Of a stretch of 64,000 nucleotides of DNA, positions 1 through 9,219 are shown in pieces (the stretch's first letter is position 1; each line of letters begins with the position of its first letter). Location of the stretch: IMG/VR virus record IMGVR_UViG_2703718774_000012; one strand, given 5' to 3'. Below the pieces are notes generated by a model that had not been told where the DNA came from, searched no databases, and saw nothing but the letters and a program-made list of their open reading frames with translations. A program made the position numbers and the translations under genes. The DNA is from a virus (taxonomy: Duplodnaviria > Heunggongvirae > Uroviricota > Caudoviricetes).

Positions 1-106
1 ATTTGCCTGATAATTCCCTTTCCGCCCGTGCCAGCATTCCTTTTAGACTCGCATTCTCTTTTTCAAGAATCTCTATGCGCGCCTGTAACTCAGCTTTCGT
101 TGGCAT
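1..106 (-). CDS. hypothetical coiled-coil protein, N-terminal part only (gene runs off the window start)
   Basis: ATG at 104-106 (minus) opens frame MPTKAELQARIEILEKENASLKGMLARAERELSGK that continues past position 1; absent from ORF track because truncated. Confidence 0.3.
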   Translation of the reverse strand, partial: MPTKAELQARIEILEKENASLKGMLARAERELSGK

Positions 107-770
107 GGTCCGCCTCATGCTTTTCAGCCACCAGCGGCAATAAAGCCCTGGCCATCTTATGAACCAACAGAGCATCGATAATGCCAAGCGTATGCCCCGG
201 CTTAATGTTTAATGCCGCCTCAAGGTGACACCTTTCCAGGTCACTTTTCTCGGCTTGTTTATGATGATCTGGCGTAATAACGTCGCCCAAAACACGGCTA
301 ATTCTTTCTCGTAATTGCCGGGTGCCTGCACACTTGATCGCTGTATCGTGGAGACGGTTAACCAGTTCGCGATAAACATGCGGCTTAATGCGGATACGTT
401 CACCGGTGACGCCCTTTCCTGGCGCTGGCACCGAACTATCCGGAATATCCGGATAGTTGCCAGCCTCGTAAGCTACCCGCAGCCAGTGCATGAATGTTTC
501 AGTAGACACACAACCACAGTCCACATCGATTTTTCCGCGTTGCTGTTCCAGCCACTGCTCAAAATTCAATCTACACGTATTACTTTCATGTTGCTCTTTT
601 TGTCTTAAGGCCAGCACCTGTTGGGCCAGTTCCAGAACGATACCGGGTGACGCTAACCTCTCAAATTCCAATAAATAGTTTGCGTCAGGATGACAAGTAG
701 CCTCGCCTGCAAAAAATACCAATTGCTGTAAGTATGCTGTCGTTAGAGTAGTCATTTCTTTTTGCGCCAT
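90..770 (-). CDS. hypothetical protein (226 aa)
   Basis: Long ORF in track; tightly packed in minus-strand operon; no family recognised by eye. Confidence 0.5.
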   Translation of the reverse strand: MAQKEMTTLTTAYLQQLVFFAGEATCHPDANYLLEFERLASPGIVLELAQQVLALRQKEQHESNTCRLNFEQWLEQQRGKIDVDCGCVSTETFMHWLRVAYEAGNYPDIPDSSVPAPGKGVTGERIRIKPHVYRELVNRLHDTAIKCAGTRQLRERISRVLGDVITPDHHKQAEKSDLERCHLEAALNIKPGHTLGIIDALLVHKMARALLPLVAEKHEADHANES

Positions 771-1126
771 TTCTTTTCACATTCCTTAGTCCATTTTTCA
801 ATGTTCATTTTGGCAATATCAGTCATTCCATCACCTAAGAAATACTTTTTCCGGTACGTCTTGCACTTAAACCACACTACAACAGCCACCAGCCAGAAAA
901 TAAAAGGCCATACAGCAATACCAACTCCAGCCGCGATAAAGCCCAATAGCCATAAATGAAGCTCTCCAACTTCTGTTTGCGGCAATATTCTTAAAGAATT
1001 AAACAGCAGGCTGAACGAATGGTCGTATGCATTGGCAGTATAAGACATGCAATCCATATAATTAAAGTCATAGCCTGCGGCTGCCGCCCATAATGGGCGG
1101 TCAAGAAAATGTTTTAGTGTCATCAT
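752..1126 (-). CDS. small membrane protein (2 predicted TM helices), basic C-terminus
   Basis: ORF track; hydrophobic stretches LWLLGFIAAGVGIAVWPFIFWLVAVVVWF; start uncertain. Confidence 0.4.
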   Translation of the reverse strand: MMTLKHFLDRPLWAAAAGYDFNYMDCMSYTANAYDHSFSLLFNSLRILPQTEVGELHLWLLGFIAAGVGIAVWPFIFWLVAVVVWFKCKTYRKKYFLGDGMTDIAKMNIEKWTKECEKKWRKKK

Positions 1127-1132
1127 ATAAAT

Positions 1133-1513
1133 TTAAGGTTCAGACCAGTTATCTTCAATAGCAATGCTTAATCTTTGTAGCCATTCTGCTAATTTCAGCA
1201 TTGCTTCTCTTTCGCTTAAACCACGAGGAAAATCATCAAGCGATATTGTTGGCTTGAAGCCCCCGTAATTATCCATTTCAACGGTCAGATTTTGCTCCAG
1301 TACGGTATTCCTTACGCGGCTATTGTGGCGAAGCAAATATACTGAACGTGATTTATTGGTTTTGTGGTCGAGCTGATATTCGGTAAGTATCATCTGGCTT
1401 TTTCCATGACTATTACCTCTCCACATACTTACCCCACTTAATAAAACAACTCCATACGTAGTTGATGATTTTTCCCCACGTAATATAAATATGCACTCCA
1501 GCAGAAAAACCAA
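1133..1513 (-). CDS. hypothetical protein (126 aa)
   Basis: ORF track; operon context only. Confidence 0.4.
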   Translation of the reverse strand: MVFLLECIFILRGEKSSTTYGVVLLSGVSMWRGNSHGKSQMILTEYQLDHKTNKSRSVYLLRHNSRVRNTVLEQNLTVEMDNYGGFKPTISLDDFPRGLSEREAMLKLAEWLQRLSIAIEDNWSEP

Positions 1514-1604
1514 AACCTACAATTACTGAAAAAATCAAAACATTTACTTTTGACATTATAAAACTTCTCTCTGTGTCGTAGGTGATAGAACCATAATTGA
1601 TAAT

Positions 1605-1856
1605 TTAGTGAGTTAGCAGTTCCATTTTTTTGATGATTTCCGCATGAGCATCATCGTTATCAACACTTAGCTCGTTTAATGCTTCTCGCACTACATCAAC
1701 TTCTTCTGGTTGGAAGAAATCATCTCGGTAGTCACCAAATAGAACCGAAACAAGCCTGCCACCGGCAACATCAAGATTGGCGCTAACAGGTGGCTCTTTA
1801 CCATCCTCAAATTCGACTACAAAAGTTATTTTTCCCATCGTTACCACCAGCGACAA
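1605..1856 (-). CDS. hypothetical protein (83 aa, acidic)
   Basis: ORF track; operon context. Confidence 0.4.
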   Translation of the reverse strand: MSLVVTMGKITFVVEFEDGKEPPVSANLDVAGGRLVSVLFGDYRDDFFQPEEVDVVREALNELSVDNDDAHAEIIKKMELLTH

Positions 1857-1920
1857 ATTGAATACAAACCCAGTGCTGCCGCCATCACAATTCCTACCGT
1901 GGTGAATGCTTCAGGCCAGG

Positions 1921-2265
1921 TCATCGTAAAACATCCTCTGCGCTTATCAGTCCGTTTCGCTTCAGGTAGTCCATCGCCTTACCCGGCAATTTACAGTCCG
2001 GCTTCGTTTTCCTCAGTTGCCAGGTTAACTGCTTTACCAGCATGGTTAACTCGTCGACCAGACGCTGATGTCCCACTGGTTTGTATTCATGCAATTTACC
2101 GGCTGGCTCTGCTGCCAGCGATGCCAGTGCGATTTCCAGAACAGCAATATCCATCTTATATGTGCGGATGATGTCATGGTCGATTGTGCCCGGTATACAC
2201 AGTCTCTGTGCTTCAATAGTCTCCTCTGCGTGAGCTATTAACTGCTCTCTGGTAATAGTGGTCAT
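1921..2265 (-). CDS. hypothetical protein (114 aa)
   Basis: ORF track; stop/start overlap with downstream gene at 2262-2265. Confidence 0.45.
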   Translation of the reverse strand: MTTITREQLIAHAEETIEAQRLCIPGTIDHDIIRTYKMDIAVLEIALASLAAEPAGKLHEYKPVGHQRLVDELTMLVKQLTWQLRKTKPDCKLPGKAMDYLKRNGLISAEDVLR

Positions 2266-2777
2266 GCCGCGTTTCCTTCTTTCTTATTAACAATTACACC
2301 GTCATATATTTCATTAAGGTGCCCTCTCAACTCCATGCGCCTTAATGCAGACAACATGTAATCGCATTCAACCTGCTTATTTCCAGTAAATGGCTTATCG
2401 TCAGGATTACCCCAACAGCAATTACCCTTGGGCCACCCATGTACTTTCCGTACTCTTCCGTTAACAACGTGAAGTAATCCCCAGCCAGGTGGTAAATCCT
2501 CAACTGAAATAATTCCCGGCTCACTAATAAAGAATCGCCAGTCGCCCATGCCAAGTGAGGGATTTTTACGGAAACGCTTTTTTCTATCTGCCAACAAGTC
2601 AGCACGAGAACATTTCGCCTCTATCAGGCATGATGCTGAATTTCTGAATCCCATAGCATCTGGCTGTTCTCCGGTACTGGTTACAGCTATAAAGCGGTCA
2701 TGAAAACAAACCTTGAACCCGTTGCGCTTAAGGAACTTGTACGCAATCTGACAGAGTTCGCGGTGTGTTAACGCCAT
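2262..2777 (-). CDS. hypothetical protein with PD-(D/E)xK-nuclease-like signature
   Basis: Start re-placed at ATG 2775-2777 (MALTHREL...) preceded by AAGGAG 8 nt upstream; motif ...PDAMG...CLIEAKCS resembles D...(E)xK nuclease core; inference from motif only. Confidence 0.45.
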   Translation of the reverse strand: MALTHRELCQIAYKFLKRNGFKVCFHDRFIAVTSTGEQPDAMGFRNSASCLIEAKCSRADLLADRKKRFRKNPSLGMGDWRFFISEPGIISVEDLPPGWGLLHVVNGRVRKVHGWPKGNCCWGNPDDKPFTGNKQVECDYMLSALRRMELRGHLNEIYDGVIVNKKEGNAA

Positions 2778-2778
2778 A

Positions 2779-3663
2779 TCACTCTCCTTTGATGCGAATG
2801 CCAGCAAGCCAGTTTCTTATGCCGATATATTCAGCGTTCCTGAAACCGCCATTTACATATATAAATGGCAAGCGAAGATTGTGACCATTGACTGCCAGGT
2901 AGTCTTTACAACCCTGTTCGGTGAAACAGCAGGTAACGAATTCATCAATATCTTTCACAGCAACGCGCCGCCATTTTTCTGGTGGCTCTCGAAAGTTTTC
3001 GTGAAGTAGTTCGAGACGACGACTTTGGCGTTTATTGGCTTCATTGCCATCTTCATCAACCCAGACAATCCGGTCATAGTCATAATCAGCATCAACAACG
3101 ATTTCGCGCTTTTGATACACACAAAACATAGGGTCTGACGTTATTCGATTATCCTGTGTTCGAATATTTTCACCGATGATGCCAAACGAATCTGGTGCAG
3201 ATTTTGTCTGCAACTCTTCGATACGTTCAGCCATCGCAGCACACTCTTCAAAGTTGCTTAATGCTTTTCGCTCCCATTCGGCGCATTGTTTTTCCAGTTC
3301 TGCTATGCGCTTACTTCCATCCGCTATTACTCCCTCGTAATATTCACGCTGCTCGTTGAGTTTTGATTTTGCTGCTTCAAGCTCAACGCGCAGCTTCCCT
3401 ACCGTTAGCGCAATATCCTCGTTCTCCTGGTCGCGGCGTTTGATGTATTGCTGGTTTCTTTCCCGTTCATCCAGTAGTGCCAGCACGGTTTCTGGTCCGG
3501 CCAGAAATTTGAAGGCGTTGAGCGCATCAATATCCACACCGTAATCTTTAAGTTCCTGTTCACTTAACAAATCATCATCAGCTGGCAACATTAACAGGCG
3601 TTCCATTGCTGGAATTGCACGTTCCGCCGCCTCACGCAGTGCCTGATAGTCAATCTTGCTCAC
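2779..3663 (-). CDS. Ea22/ead-like prophage protein (294 aa)
   Basis: N-terminus MSKIDYQALREAAERA and coiled-coil region typical of ead/Ea22-like family; paralogous to adjacent gene. Confidence 0.55.
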   Translation of the reverse strand: MSKIDYQALREAAERAIPAMERLLMLPADDDLLSEQELKDYGVDIDALNAFKFLAGPETVLALLDERERNQQYIKRRDQENEDIALTVGKLRVELEAAKSKLNEQREYYEGVIADGSKRIAELEKQCAEWERKALSNFEECAAMAERIEELQTKSAPDSFGIIGENIRTQDNRITSDPMFCVYQKREIVVDADYDYDRIVWVDEDGNEANKRQSRRLELLHENFREPPEKWRRVAVKDIDEFVTCCFTEQGCKDYLAVNGHNLRLPFIYVNGGFRNAEYIGIRNWLAGIRIKGE

Positions 3664-4361
3664 TGGTTGCCTCCTTTTCGAAGCTGGGCGGCGATATCTT
3701 CGAGAACGCCATCAGAGAATGAGCGGTCAAAATCGCCTTCCGGCGCATTAGCCATAAACTCAGTAGAGGTAAGAATCATCCGGGCAATATCCGCGGCGTT
3801 CTTCGCAGTATCATCAATAAAACCAGCTTCCCAGGCAGCCAGCATTCTGTTCGCCACAAAATAAGCGCCTTCCTTGCGTGCTTCAGTCTTCACTTCAGCT
3901 AGAAAAGCATCGGTAGCTGGAGTTTCGCTGTGGTGCAGGGCATCGTTGATAATCATTGCAGCAACTCCGGCCTGCCCTGCATCCGTGACCGACACATGCT
4001 CAAGAGTTACGGCCATTGCGTGTTTCAGCCCGGCGTTCTCTGCCACCAGCGCCGCGAGATTAGTCTCAAGCTCTGCAATTCGACACATAGCATCAATATT
4101 TGTGTCCTCCAGGCACTTAATTTCACCAAGCAGCTCCAGTGCAACCTTTGGGTTGAACGCGGCAACATGACGAGCGTTGTTCTCTGCATTTTTCTGTCCA
4201 TCAAAGCCGGTCCATTTGATAACGTCTTCACATCGTTCATCACCGGGCGTGTGCACCGCATAAGTACCAGTATCCGTCGAAATAAATGCGACCCATTCGT
4301 CTGGTGTTGCCTTTTCTGCCGCCTCACGCAGTACCTGATAGTCAATTGTCATTCTCGCCAT
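3660..4361 (-). CDS. Ea22/ead-like prophage protein (233 aa)
   Basis: N-terminus MTIDYQVLREAAEKA and C-terminus ...AAQLRKGGNQ shared with paralogs; ATGA overlap with next gene. Confidence 0.55.
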   Translation of the reverse strand: MARMTIDYQVLREAAEKATPDEWVAFISTDTGTYAVHTPGDERCEDVIKWTGFDGQKNAENNARHVAAFNPKVALELLGEIKCLEDTNIDAMCRIAELETNLAALVAENAGLKHAMAVTLEHVSVTDAGQAGVAAMIINDALHHSETPATDAFLAEVKTEARKEGAYFVANRMLAAWEAGFIDDTAKNAADIARMILTSTEFMANAPEGDFDRSFSDGVLEDIAAQLRKGGNQ

Positions 4362-4975
4362 CCTTCACAGTTGTAATCACTACAGCCTTCAAAATCATAT
4401 GGGCTGTACTGCCAGGTTATTTTTCCGCAATGCGGACAATTCCAACGCACCTTCCCGCTTCGCGACTTCTTTCTTCTGTTCTGCTCTTCCAACCAGTCAG
4501 GCATGACCAAACCTGCGCCCTGAACCATTGTTCTGCGGTTAAAGTTATTGATATTGAACGTCCGACGCTTTGCTGCATCAGCAATGGAAAATGGCAACCA
4601 AACTATTCCTGGTTCGTTTTTGTTGGCGACGCTAAAGATGGTCGCTTTACTGAAGTCATCTGTTGGCAATCCACCGTGTTGAAGCCAGTAAACATCGTTG
4701 CCGTTCCAGCTACCTTTTTTGTAGGCCACATACGCAGTGCAATCTGACTCAATCAGGCTTTCTGTAGGGATGTACTGGCAATCAACGTGCCACACAGCCA
4801 TTGCATCCACACTATCGGCACAAACAGGCTGATCGATATCTCGACCACAATTCCAGGCTTTTTGGGCTTCTTCCTGCGTGTAAACATGTGCTCGATCGAT
4901 ATCAGAACTGTAACCATTGCCGTTATGGCAATGGAATGAGGCGTTATTACCCACAGTTTCACGCAAGCACATCAT
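4349..4975 (-). CDS. hypothetical protein with C-terminal Cys-rich (CPHCG...C..C) zinc-ribbon-like region
   Basis: ORF track 4349..5029; start moved to in-frame MM at 4975/4972 because upstream part overlaps preceding gene; start uncertain. Confidence 0.4.
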   Translation of the reverse strand: MMCLRETVGNNASFHCHNGNGYSSDIDRAHVYTQEEAQKAWNCGRDIDQPVCADSVDAMAVWHVDCQYIPTESLIESDCTAYVAYKKGSWNGNDVYWLQHGGLPTDDFSKATIFSVANKNEPGIVWLPFSIADAAKRRTFNINNFNRRTMVQGAGLVMPDWLEEQNRRKKSRSGKVRWNCPHCGKITWQYSPYDFEGCSDYNCEGWRE

Positions 4976-4989
4976 GTAAAAACGGTTAC

Positions 4990-5229
4990 TCACTGGTTGC
5001 CTCCTTGGCGGAGTTGCGCTGCGATGCACGAAAAAAAAGACTCCCGAGTGTGACAGTTAAGAGCTGGTGCGAACGCCGCGTTAAGAACGGCGGAATCACA
5101 GCCGTCATCAATATAGAGCGCAATTTTTTTCTCCAGGCGCGCTTTGGCTTCCTGCAACTGCATACCCCGGCACGCACGCGGGATATAATCAGCAATTTGA
5201 GCGATAGCTTTTTCGTTCTGTTTAAACAT
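4990..5229 (-). CDS. truncated Ea22-like paralog (79 aa, C-terminal homology only)
   Basis: Ends ...CIAAQLRQGGNQ like the 233-aa paralog; same junction sequence tcactggttgcctcc follows both genes; contains an A8/T8 homopolymer. Confidence 0.4.
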   Translation of the reverse strand: MFKQNEKAIAQIADYIPRACRGMQLQEAKARLEKKIALYIDDGCDSAVLNAAFAPALNCHTRESFFSCIAAQLRQGGNQ

Positions 5230-5425
5230 GCTTCACCTCGATAGGCTTGATGGTGTCTAACAGCAGTCGGCGGCGCGTATTTTCTGCAAAATGGCGGCGT
5301 CCAGTTTCTTTGTGGTAAAACTCGTTTTTGCCAACGACCCACATCCGCTCTGTTTGGTGCAGTTTTTTTACCTTCGGGCCATCTTTGGTGATCACGGTAC
5401 CGGTATGGGTTTTTACGATTGTCAT
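5222..5425 (-). CDS. small hypothetical protein (67 aa)
   Basis: ORF track; 4-nt overlaps with both neighbours. Confidence 0.4.
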   Translation of the reverse strand: MTIVKTHTGTVITKDGPKVKKLHQTERMWVVGKNEFYHKETGRRHFAENTRRRLLLDTIKPIEVKHV

Positions 5426-6300
5426 TCCACTACCTCTTCGAATTTCAACTCCGATTGGTCACCCCAGATTTCACATGATTCGGAACACGAACCAGTATCA
5501 AACCGCTTGGCCAGCACCATCGCCTGATACAAATTTCTGTAGTCACTGTCGGCATACATTCTGGCAATCCCGTCAAGCGTCAGGTGGCCACGGTACATAA
5601 CGTCTTTACCTGTTCTGCGATGACCATCCCTGACGTGTTTGCCTGTAACCAGTTCATTAAAAACCCGCATCAGACCTGGTTCGTCTTTACATGCAAGCCC
5701 CAGCTTTTGCGTTGACTTTTTGATGCAAAAAACACAGTTCCCGAGGTGCTCCGGGATTTGCAAATCAAAAGGTTGTTTTCGCCACCACCGGATAACATCC
5801 GACTTATCAAAATCTGACAGTTCGGCAAGATACCGGACGCCCGGTTTCGGTTTCAGCCTACGGGGTTCGTCCGCACGAATACCGAGCCATGTGATGTAAT
5901 TCCCTCGCCCAAAATGGTCATCGCAATATTTCGTGAAAGGGGTGAGTTTTAGCCTGTCGGTACAGAACGCGCCGCCGATGTATGGCGTACCGTACTTTTT
6001 AACCATGTCCATAAACGGTTTAAGCACCGGCATTCGCGTCTGAATATCCTTTGGTTCCCATTCCGTATAACCATTTGGCTGCCCAAGTTCTGGATTTATA
6101 TCGACCTGCAACACCGTTAGCGGTACGTTCCAGAACTTCACAACCTCACGAATAAAGCGATACGTCAGAGGATGTTCACAGCCGGTATCCATAAAAATGA
6201 AATGGACGCTAGCGCCAGCTTTTCGCTGTGCTTCCATCAGATGAACGAGATAAGCCGATGTTCGTCCACCTGAAAAGCTGACGACTTGATGCATACTCAC
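5422..6300 (-). CDS. phosphoadenosine-phosphosulfate (PAPS) reductase family / PP-loop protein
   Basis: N-terminal PP-loop-like SFSGGRTSA and overall similarity to PAPS reductase-like phage proteins (recalled family pattern). Confidence 0.65.
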   Translation of the reverse strand: MSMHQVVSFSGGRTSAYLVHLMEAQRKAGASVHFIFMDTGCEHPLTYRFIREVVKFWNVPLTVLQVDINPELGQPNGYTEWEPKDIQTRMPVLKPFMDMVKKYGTPYIGGAFCTDRLKLTPFTKYCDDHFGRGNYITWLGIRADEPRRLKPKPGVRYLAELSDFDKSDVIRWWRKQPFDLQIPEHLGNCVFCIKKSTQKLGLACKDEPGLMRVFNELVTGKHVRDGHRRTGKDVMYRGHLTLDGIARMYADSDYRNLYQAMVLAKRFDTGSCSESCEIWGDQSELKFEEVVE

Positions 6301-6303
6301 GGT

Positions 6304-6882
6304 TTATTCCTGAATGCGCTTAAACTCGATTACCCATACCAACGGGTTAGATAGCCAGTTATCCTGCCCGTAAATACTGCGCCAGATATCACCAAAACCA
6401 ACGCGATAAACAGCTTCAGATGGCGTAATCTTGTACGTCGCCGGAGTTGCGCCTTCTGCTTTAGCATCTGCCTCGCTCATGTCATGCAGCCGTTCCACAC
6501 GCACGTCGGTAATTTCCAGAAGAATGCGCGATGCCCAGCGCGGCATGTGAATTGATGGCGTCCACTTTTCTGATACTGGTTTATTACAAACCTCGACCGG
6601 AACCCGGTGCGTTTGTTCTGTCCAGGAGTTACGCACGCTTGCGCGATAAACCAGCGTTGCGACGTCCGTCGCTTTGCCATGTACCCGGTAGGTTTCGCGA
6701 ACCCAAATACGATCGCCCGGTTGACCATATGGACAATGCTTAGCAAGCAACTCTGCGGCCACTGCCCGTCCATAGAATTTTTCTTCAACAATCCTGCGAG
6801 TCTGTGTTTTATTCCCGCCAAGAATTGCCCGGACCATCTCATCGTTGAAAATCATGCCGCGCTCTTTCACTTCGCCTTTCAT
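6304..6882 (-). CDS. ASCH-domain-like protein
   Basis: N-terminal MIFNDEMVRAILGGNKTQTRR resembles ASCH G-x-K-T-x-T-x-R motif; recalled pattern. Confidence 0.5.
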   Translation of the reverse strand: MKGEVKERGMIFNDEMVRAILGGNKTQTRRIVEEKFYGRAVAAELLAKHCPYGQPGDRIWVRETYRVHGKATDVATLVYRASVRNSWTEQTHRVPVEVCNKPVSEKWTPSIHMPRWASRILLEITDVRVERLHDMSEADAKAEGATPATYKITPSEAVYRVGFGDIWRSIYGQDNWLSNPLVWVIEFKRIQE

Positions 6883-6891
6883 GCATCCCCC

Positions 6892-6978
6892 TTACCCATG
6901 CGCGACGATGCCGCCAAAAGTGATAGAGAACAGCCAGAAATAGATCGCGGCCATAATGATTTTGAATGCCGTGTTCAT
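6892..6978 (-). CDS. small hydrophobic peptide (28 aa, MNTAFKIIMAAIYFWLFSITFGGIVAHG)
   Basis: Not in track (too short); ATG preceded by AGGAG with 8-nt spacer; first gene downstream of an operator/promoter; single predicted TM helix. Confidence 0.35.
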   Translation of the reverse strand: MNTAFKIIMAAIYFWLFSITFGGIVAHG

Positions 6979-7060
6979 ATTTTCAGCTCCTGTGATTGAT
7001 TGGATACATGCCGCGCCTTGCGGCATGTTTTTATTTTCACTTTCTCTATTTTAAAAATCA

Positions 7061-7077
7061 AGATTTATTAGAGCAAT
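7061..7077 (-). promoter_or_regulatory. C1-repressor-type operator (minus strand reads ATTGCTCTAATAAATCT), overlapping candidate -35 TTGCTC / -10 TAAAAT promoter
   Basis: 16/17 match to recalled P1 C1 operator consensus ATTGCTCTAATAAATTT; overlaps stop codon of HAD gene. Confidence 0.5.
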
Positions 7078-7583
7078 TATTGTTGGTGGAGAAGCGCGTT
7101 TTCATACTCCCTGACCATTAACGTAAGTACGCCGTGACTCCTGAAAACACGCGCCACTTCAATCTTATCTTCCAGCGCGAACGCAATTTTACTTAGACCA
7201 ATTTTCTTCAGGAGATCAATCTTTGCTGGACCATCATTTCTGTCATCGGTGGCAGGACGCATAGATAGCAAAGGCTCAGCCCCGTTTGTTACGTACTTCC
7301 GCAGCCAGGCTCGTGTTTTATCCCTTGCGATCTCACAGCGCCCGGTTACAAACCAGACCGTGTAAACGTTAAATAACTGGCGCACCATATCAATAACCGG
7401 AGTGATGGGAGTATCGGTGTCACAGGCGAGATTAAACTCGTTCCAGTCCTTTGTTAATGCACCTTTACCTGGTGGCGGAAGCAAATGCAGTCTGTCTTCA
7501 GTTGCCTCTGATATTGTTCCATCAATATCGACTATGACGATATACGGACGTTCCTGGTGTGCGTGTTTATTGAAAATACTCAA
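7077..7583 (-). CDS. HAD-superfamily hydrolase-like protein
   Basis: Motif I DIDGT near N-terminus (IVIVDIDGTIS), later TGR and DD motifs; ORF track. Confidence 0.5.
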   Translation of the reverse strand: MSIFNKHAHQERPYIVIVDIDGTISEATEDRLHLLPPPGKGALTKDWNEFNLACDTDTPITPVIDMVRQLFNVYTVWFVTGRCEIARDKTRAWLRKYVTNGAEPLLSMRPATDDRNDGPAKIDLLKKIGLSKIAFALEDKIEVARVFRSHGVLTLMVREYENALLHQQ

Positions 7584-7655
7584 ATGCCCTCCTCATTGGA
7601 CGAAAAAAATGCTGGTGGGCGCACTCCACCAGCATTAAAAGTGACGCTGTAACTA

Positions 7656-8918
7656 TCAGCGGACGTAAATAGTGCCGCCGTTCTCTTTTTCCCATGCATC
7701 GCTACGTGCATAGCAAACATCGAGAAGTCTTCTTGCCGCTGTTTCCTCTAAACCCAATTCGACAACCAACTGCTCATGACGGCGGGTAACCACATCAAAC
7801 AGGGTATGCAACCCTTTAGTTGCCAGATCATCAATGAATTCCGGTTCGAACGGCAGCTCTGTATCTGCCAACATAACCTCTTGCGCCCACTCAACTCGAC
7901 GGACCAATTCCGGGCGGCGGCTTTCCATCTCTTTACAGATCAATTCATGGAAGAACTCTACCCAACCTTCCGGCTGGAACTCGCGGAAAATTGCCAACGG
8001 CTGGAAGTTTGGCATCAACCATTCGTTGATACGGATATCAATGGCATAGCCCATGTCGCAGCAGAACTGATAAGCAAAGTCCAGCTTAGAAACGATATAA
8101 GGACGCTCGTTATTGAACTCTTTAGGCGATGAGATCCCATAAGCCAGGAGGCGCGGGAAGAAGGAGATTTGCCCTAACGTCGGATGAAGTTTGCTTGCAG
8201 GGAAACGGCGCTCAGTAATGCCATACATTTCCTTCTTGAGCGTCGCAAATTTGGCATTCTCATTAACCAGCGCGGTAACCTCTGCTTTTTTATTAGCAAA
8301 TGCCACGCGCGCTTCGCTTGCATCTTTAATAGTTTTTTTGAGCTGTTGGTTAAGGTCGGCGACCTGCTTACGCAGTTCCTGTCGCTCGCTTTTAGCTTTG
8401 TTATAGCGTTTCTCAAGGTTAAAAGGATCAAGTTTCATGATCTCTTTATATTGAGATTTTAGCGTTGAAATCTGTGAGTTCCGCAGTTCAACCATCGCGG
8501 TCATTTCATTGAGTTTTGTTTCCAGCTCAATGCTTATACGTTCGGCATTATCAGCACGCTGGTTGGCGTCATGCGTCGCATCGTCGATCGCGTCCTGTTG
8601 CTGGCGTTTCAAATGTTCAATTTGTAGCTGAAGCTCTTCAATTTCTTTACCCTTCAGACCGAGATCCAACTGCATATTTTCAGCTGCATCTACCAGGGAG
8701 TTATGGCTATCAGCTTCTGCGTTATAAACATCAATAAGCTGTGCGTGAAGCATCTCCGCTGACTGAACCGCATTATCAAAAAAACGCGCTGTGAGGTCAT
8801 CACAACTAACGCGGCGTTGCGCGGCCCGGATGTTCTGGATAATGGCCGGGATACCGGCATTCAGGACGTCAGGGATAGATACATTTTCGATTGATTGGTT
8901 TTGTGCTGAAGTGATCAT
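7656..8918 (-). CDS. large coiled-coil protein (420 aa), function unknown
   Basis: ORF track; long heptad-rich central region (ELQLQIEHLKRQQQD...). Confidence 0.5.
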   Translation of the reverse strand: MITSAQNQSIENVSIPDVLNAGIPAIIQNIRAAQRRVSCDDLTARFFDNAVQSAEMLHAQLIDVYNAEADSHNSLVDAAENMQLDLGLKGKEIEELQLQIEHLKRQQQDAIDDATHDANQRADNAERISIELETKLNEMTAMVELRNSQISTLKSQYKEIMKLDPFNLEKRYNKAKSERQELRKQVADLNQQLKKTIKDASEARVAFANKKAEVTALVNENAKFATLKKEMYGITERRFPASKLHPTLGQISFFPRLLAYGISSPKEFNNERPYIVSKLDFAYQFCCDMGYAIDIRINEWLMPNFQPLAIFREFQPEGWVEFFHELICKEMESRRPELVRRVEWAQEVMLADTELPFEPEFIDDLATKGLHTLFDVVTRRHEQLVVELGLEETAARRLLDVCYARSDAWEKENGGTIYVR

Positions 8919-8919
8919 T

Positions 8920-9138
8920 TCAAAGTTCCGTATTAGCTTGTGCTTCGGTCATTTTTCCTAAGTATGAAGGAGGAAGGACTACGCAATTTGTATCCAGTCC
9001 CTCACCTATGGCAGCCTGTAAAATTCTGGCTAAGGTGAGTCTCTTGTTGCGATACCTGGTGATGACATGCCTGATACCGCCGGTCGGCGTAACAAAGGCG
9101 ATCAGCCAGTAGTGATATTTCCGTCGGAATGGCCACAT
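8920..9138 (-). CDS. hypothetical protein (72 aa)
   Basis: ORF track; AAGGTG RBS upstream of ATG 9136-9138; first gene after operator pair. Confidence 0.45.
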   Translation of the reverse strand: MWPFRRKYHYWLIAFVTPTGGIRHVITRYRNKRLTLARILQAAIGEGLDTNCVVLPPSYLGKMTEAQANTEL

Positions 9139-9152
9139 AGTGCACCTTGTAG

Positions 9153-9218
9153 ATTGCTCTAATAAAAAACGTGATGAGTGTACATCACGTTTTAAAAATA
9201 TGGAATTATTAGAGCAAT
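9153..9218. promoter_or_regulatory. pair of inverted C1-operator-like sites (9153-9169 fwd ATTGCTCTAATAAAAAA; 9202-9218 rev ATTGCTCTAATAATTCC) flanking a 28-bp palindrome
   Basis: Read directly; palindrome AAAACGTGATGagtgtacATCACGTTTT (9166-9193) followed by T-runs on both strands. Confidence 0.5.
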
Positions 9219-9219
9219 A

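Noticed and set aside
3874-4376. Plus-strand ORFs overlapping the Ea22-like genes
   Set aside because: Antisense to paralogous, operon-packed minus-strand genes; low-complexity Ser/Ala-rich translations, no RBS.
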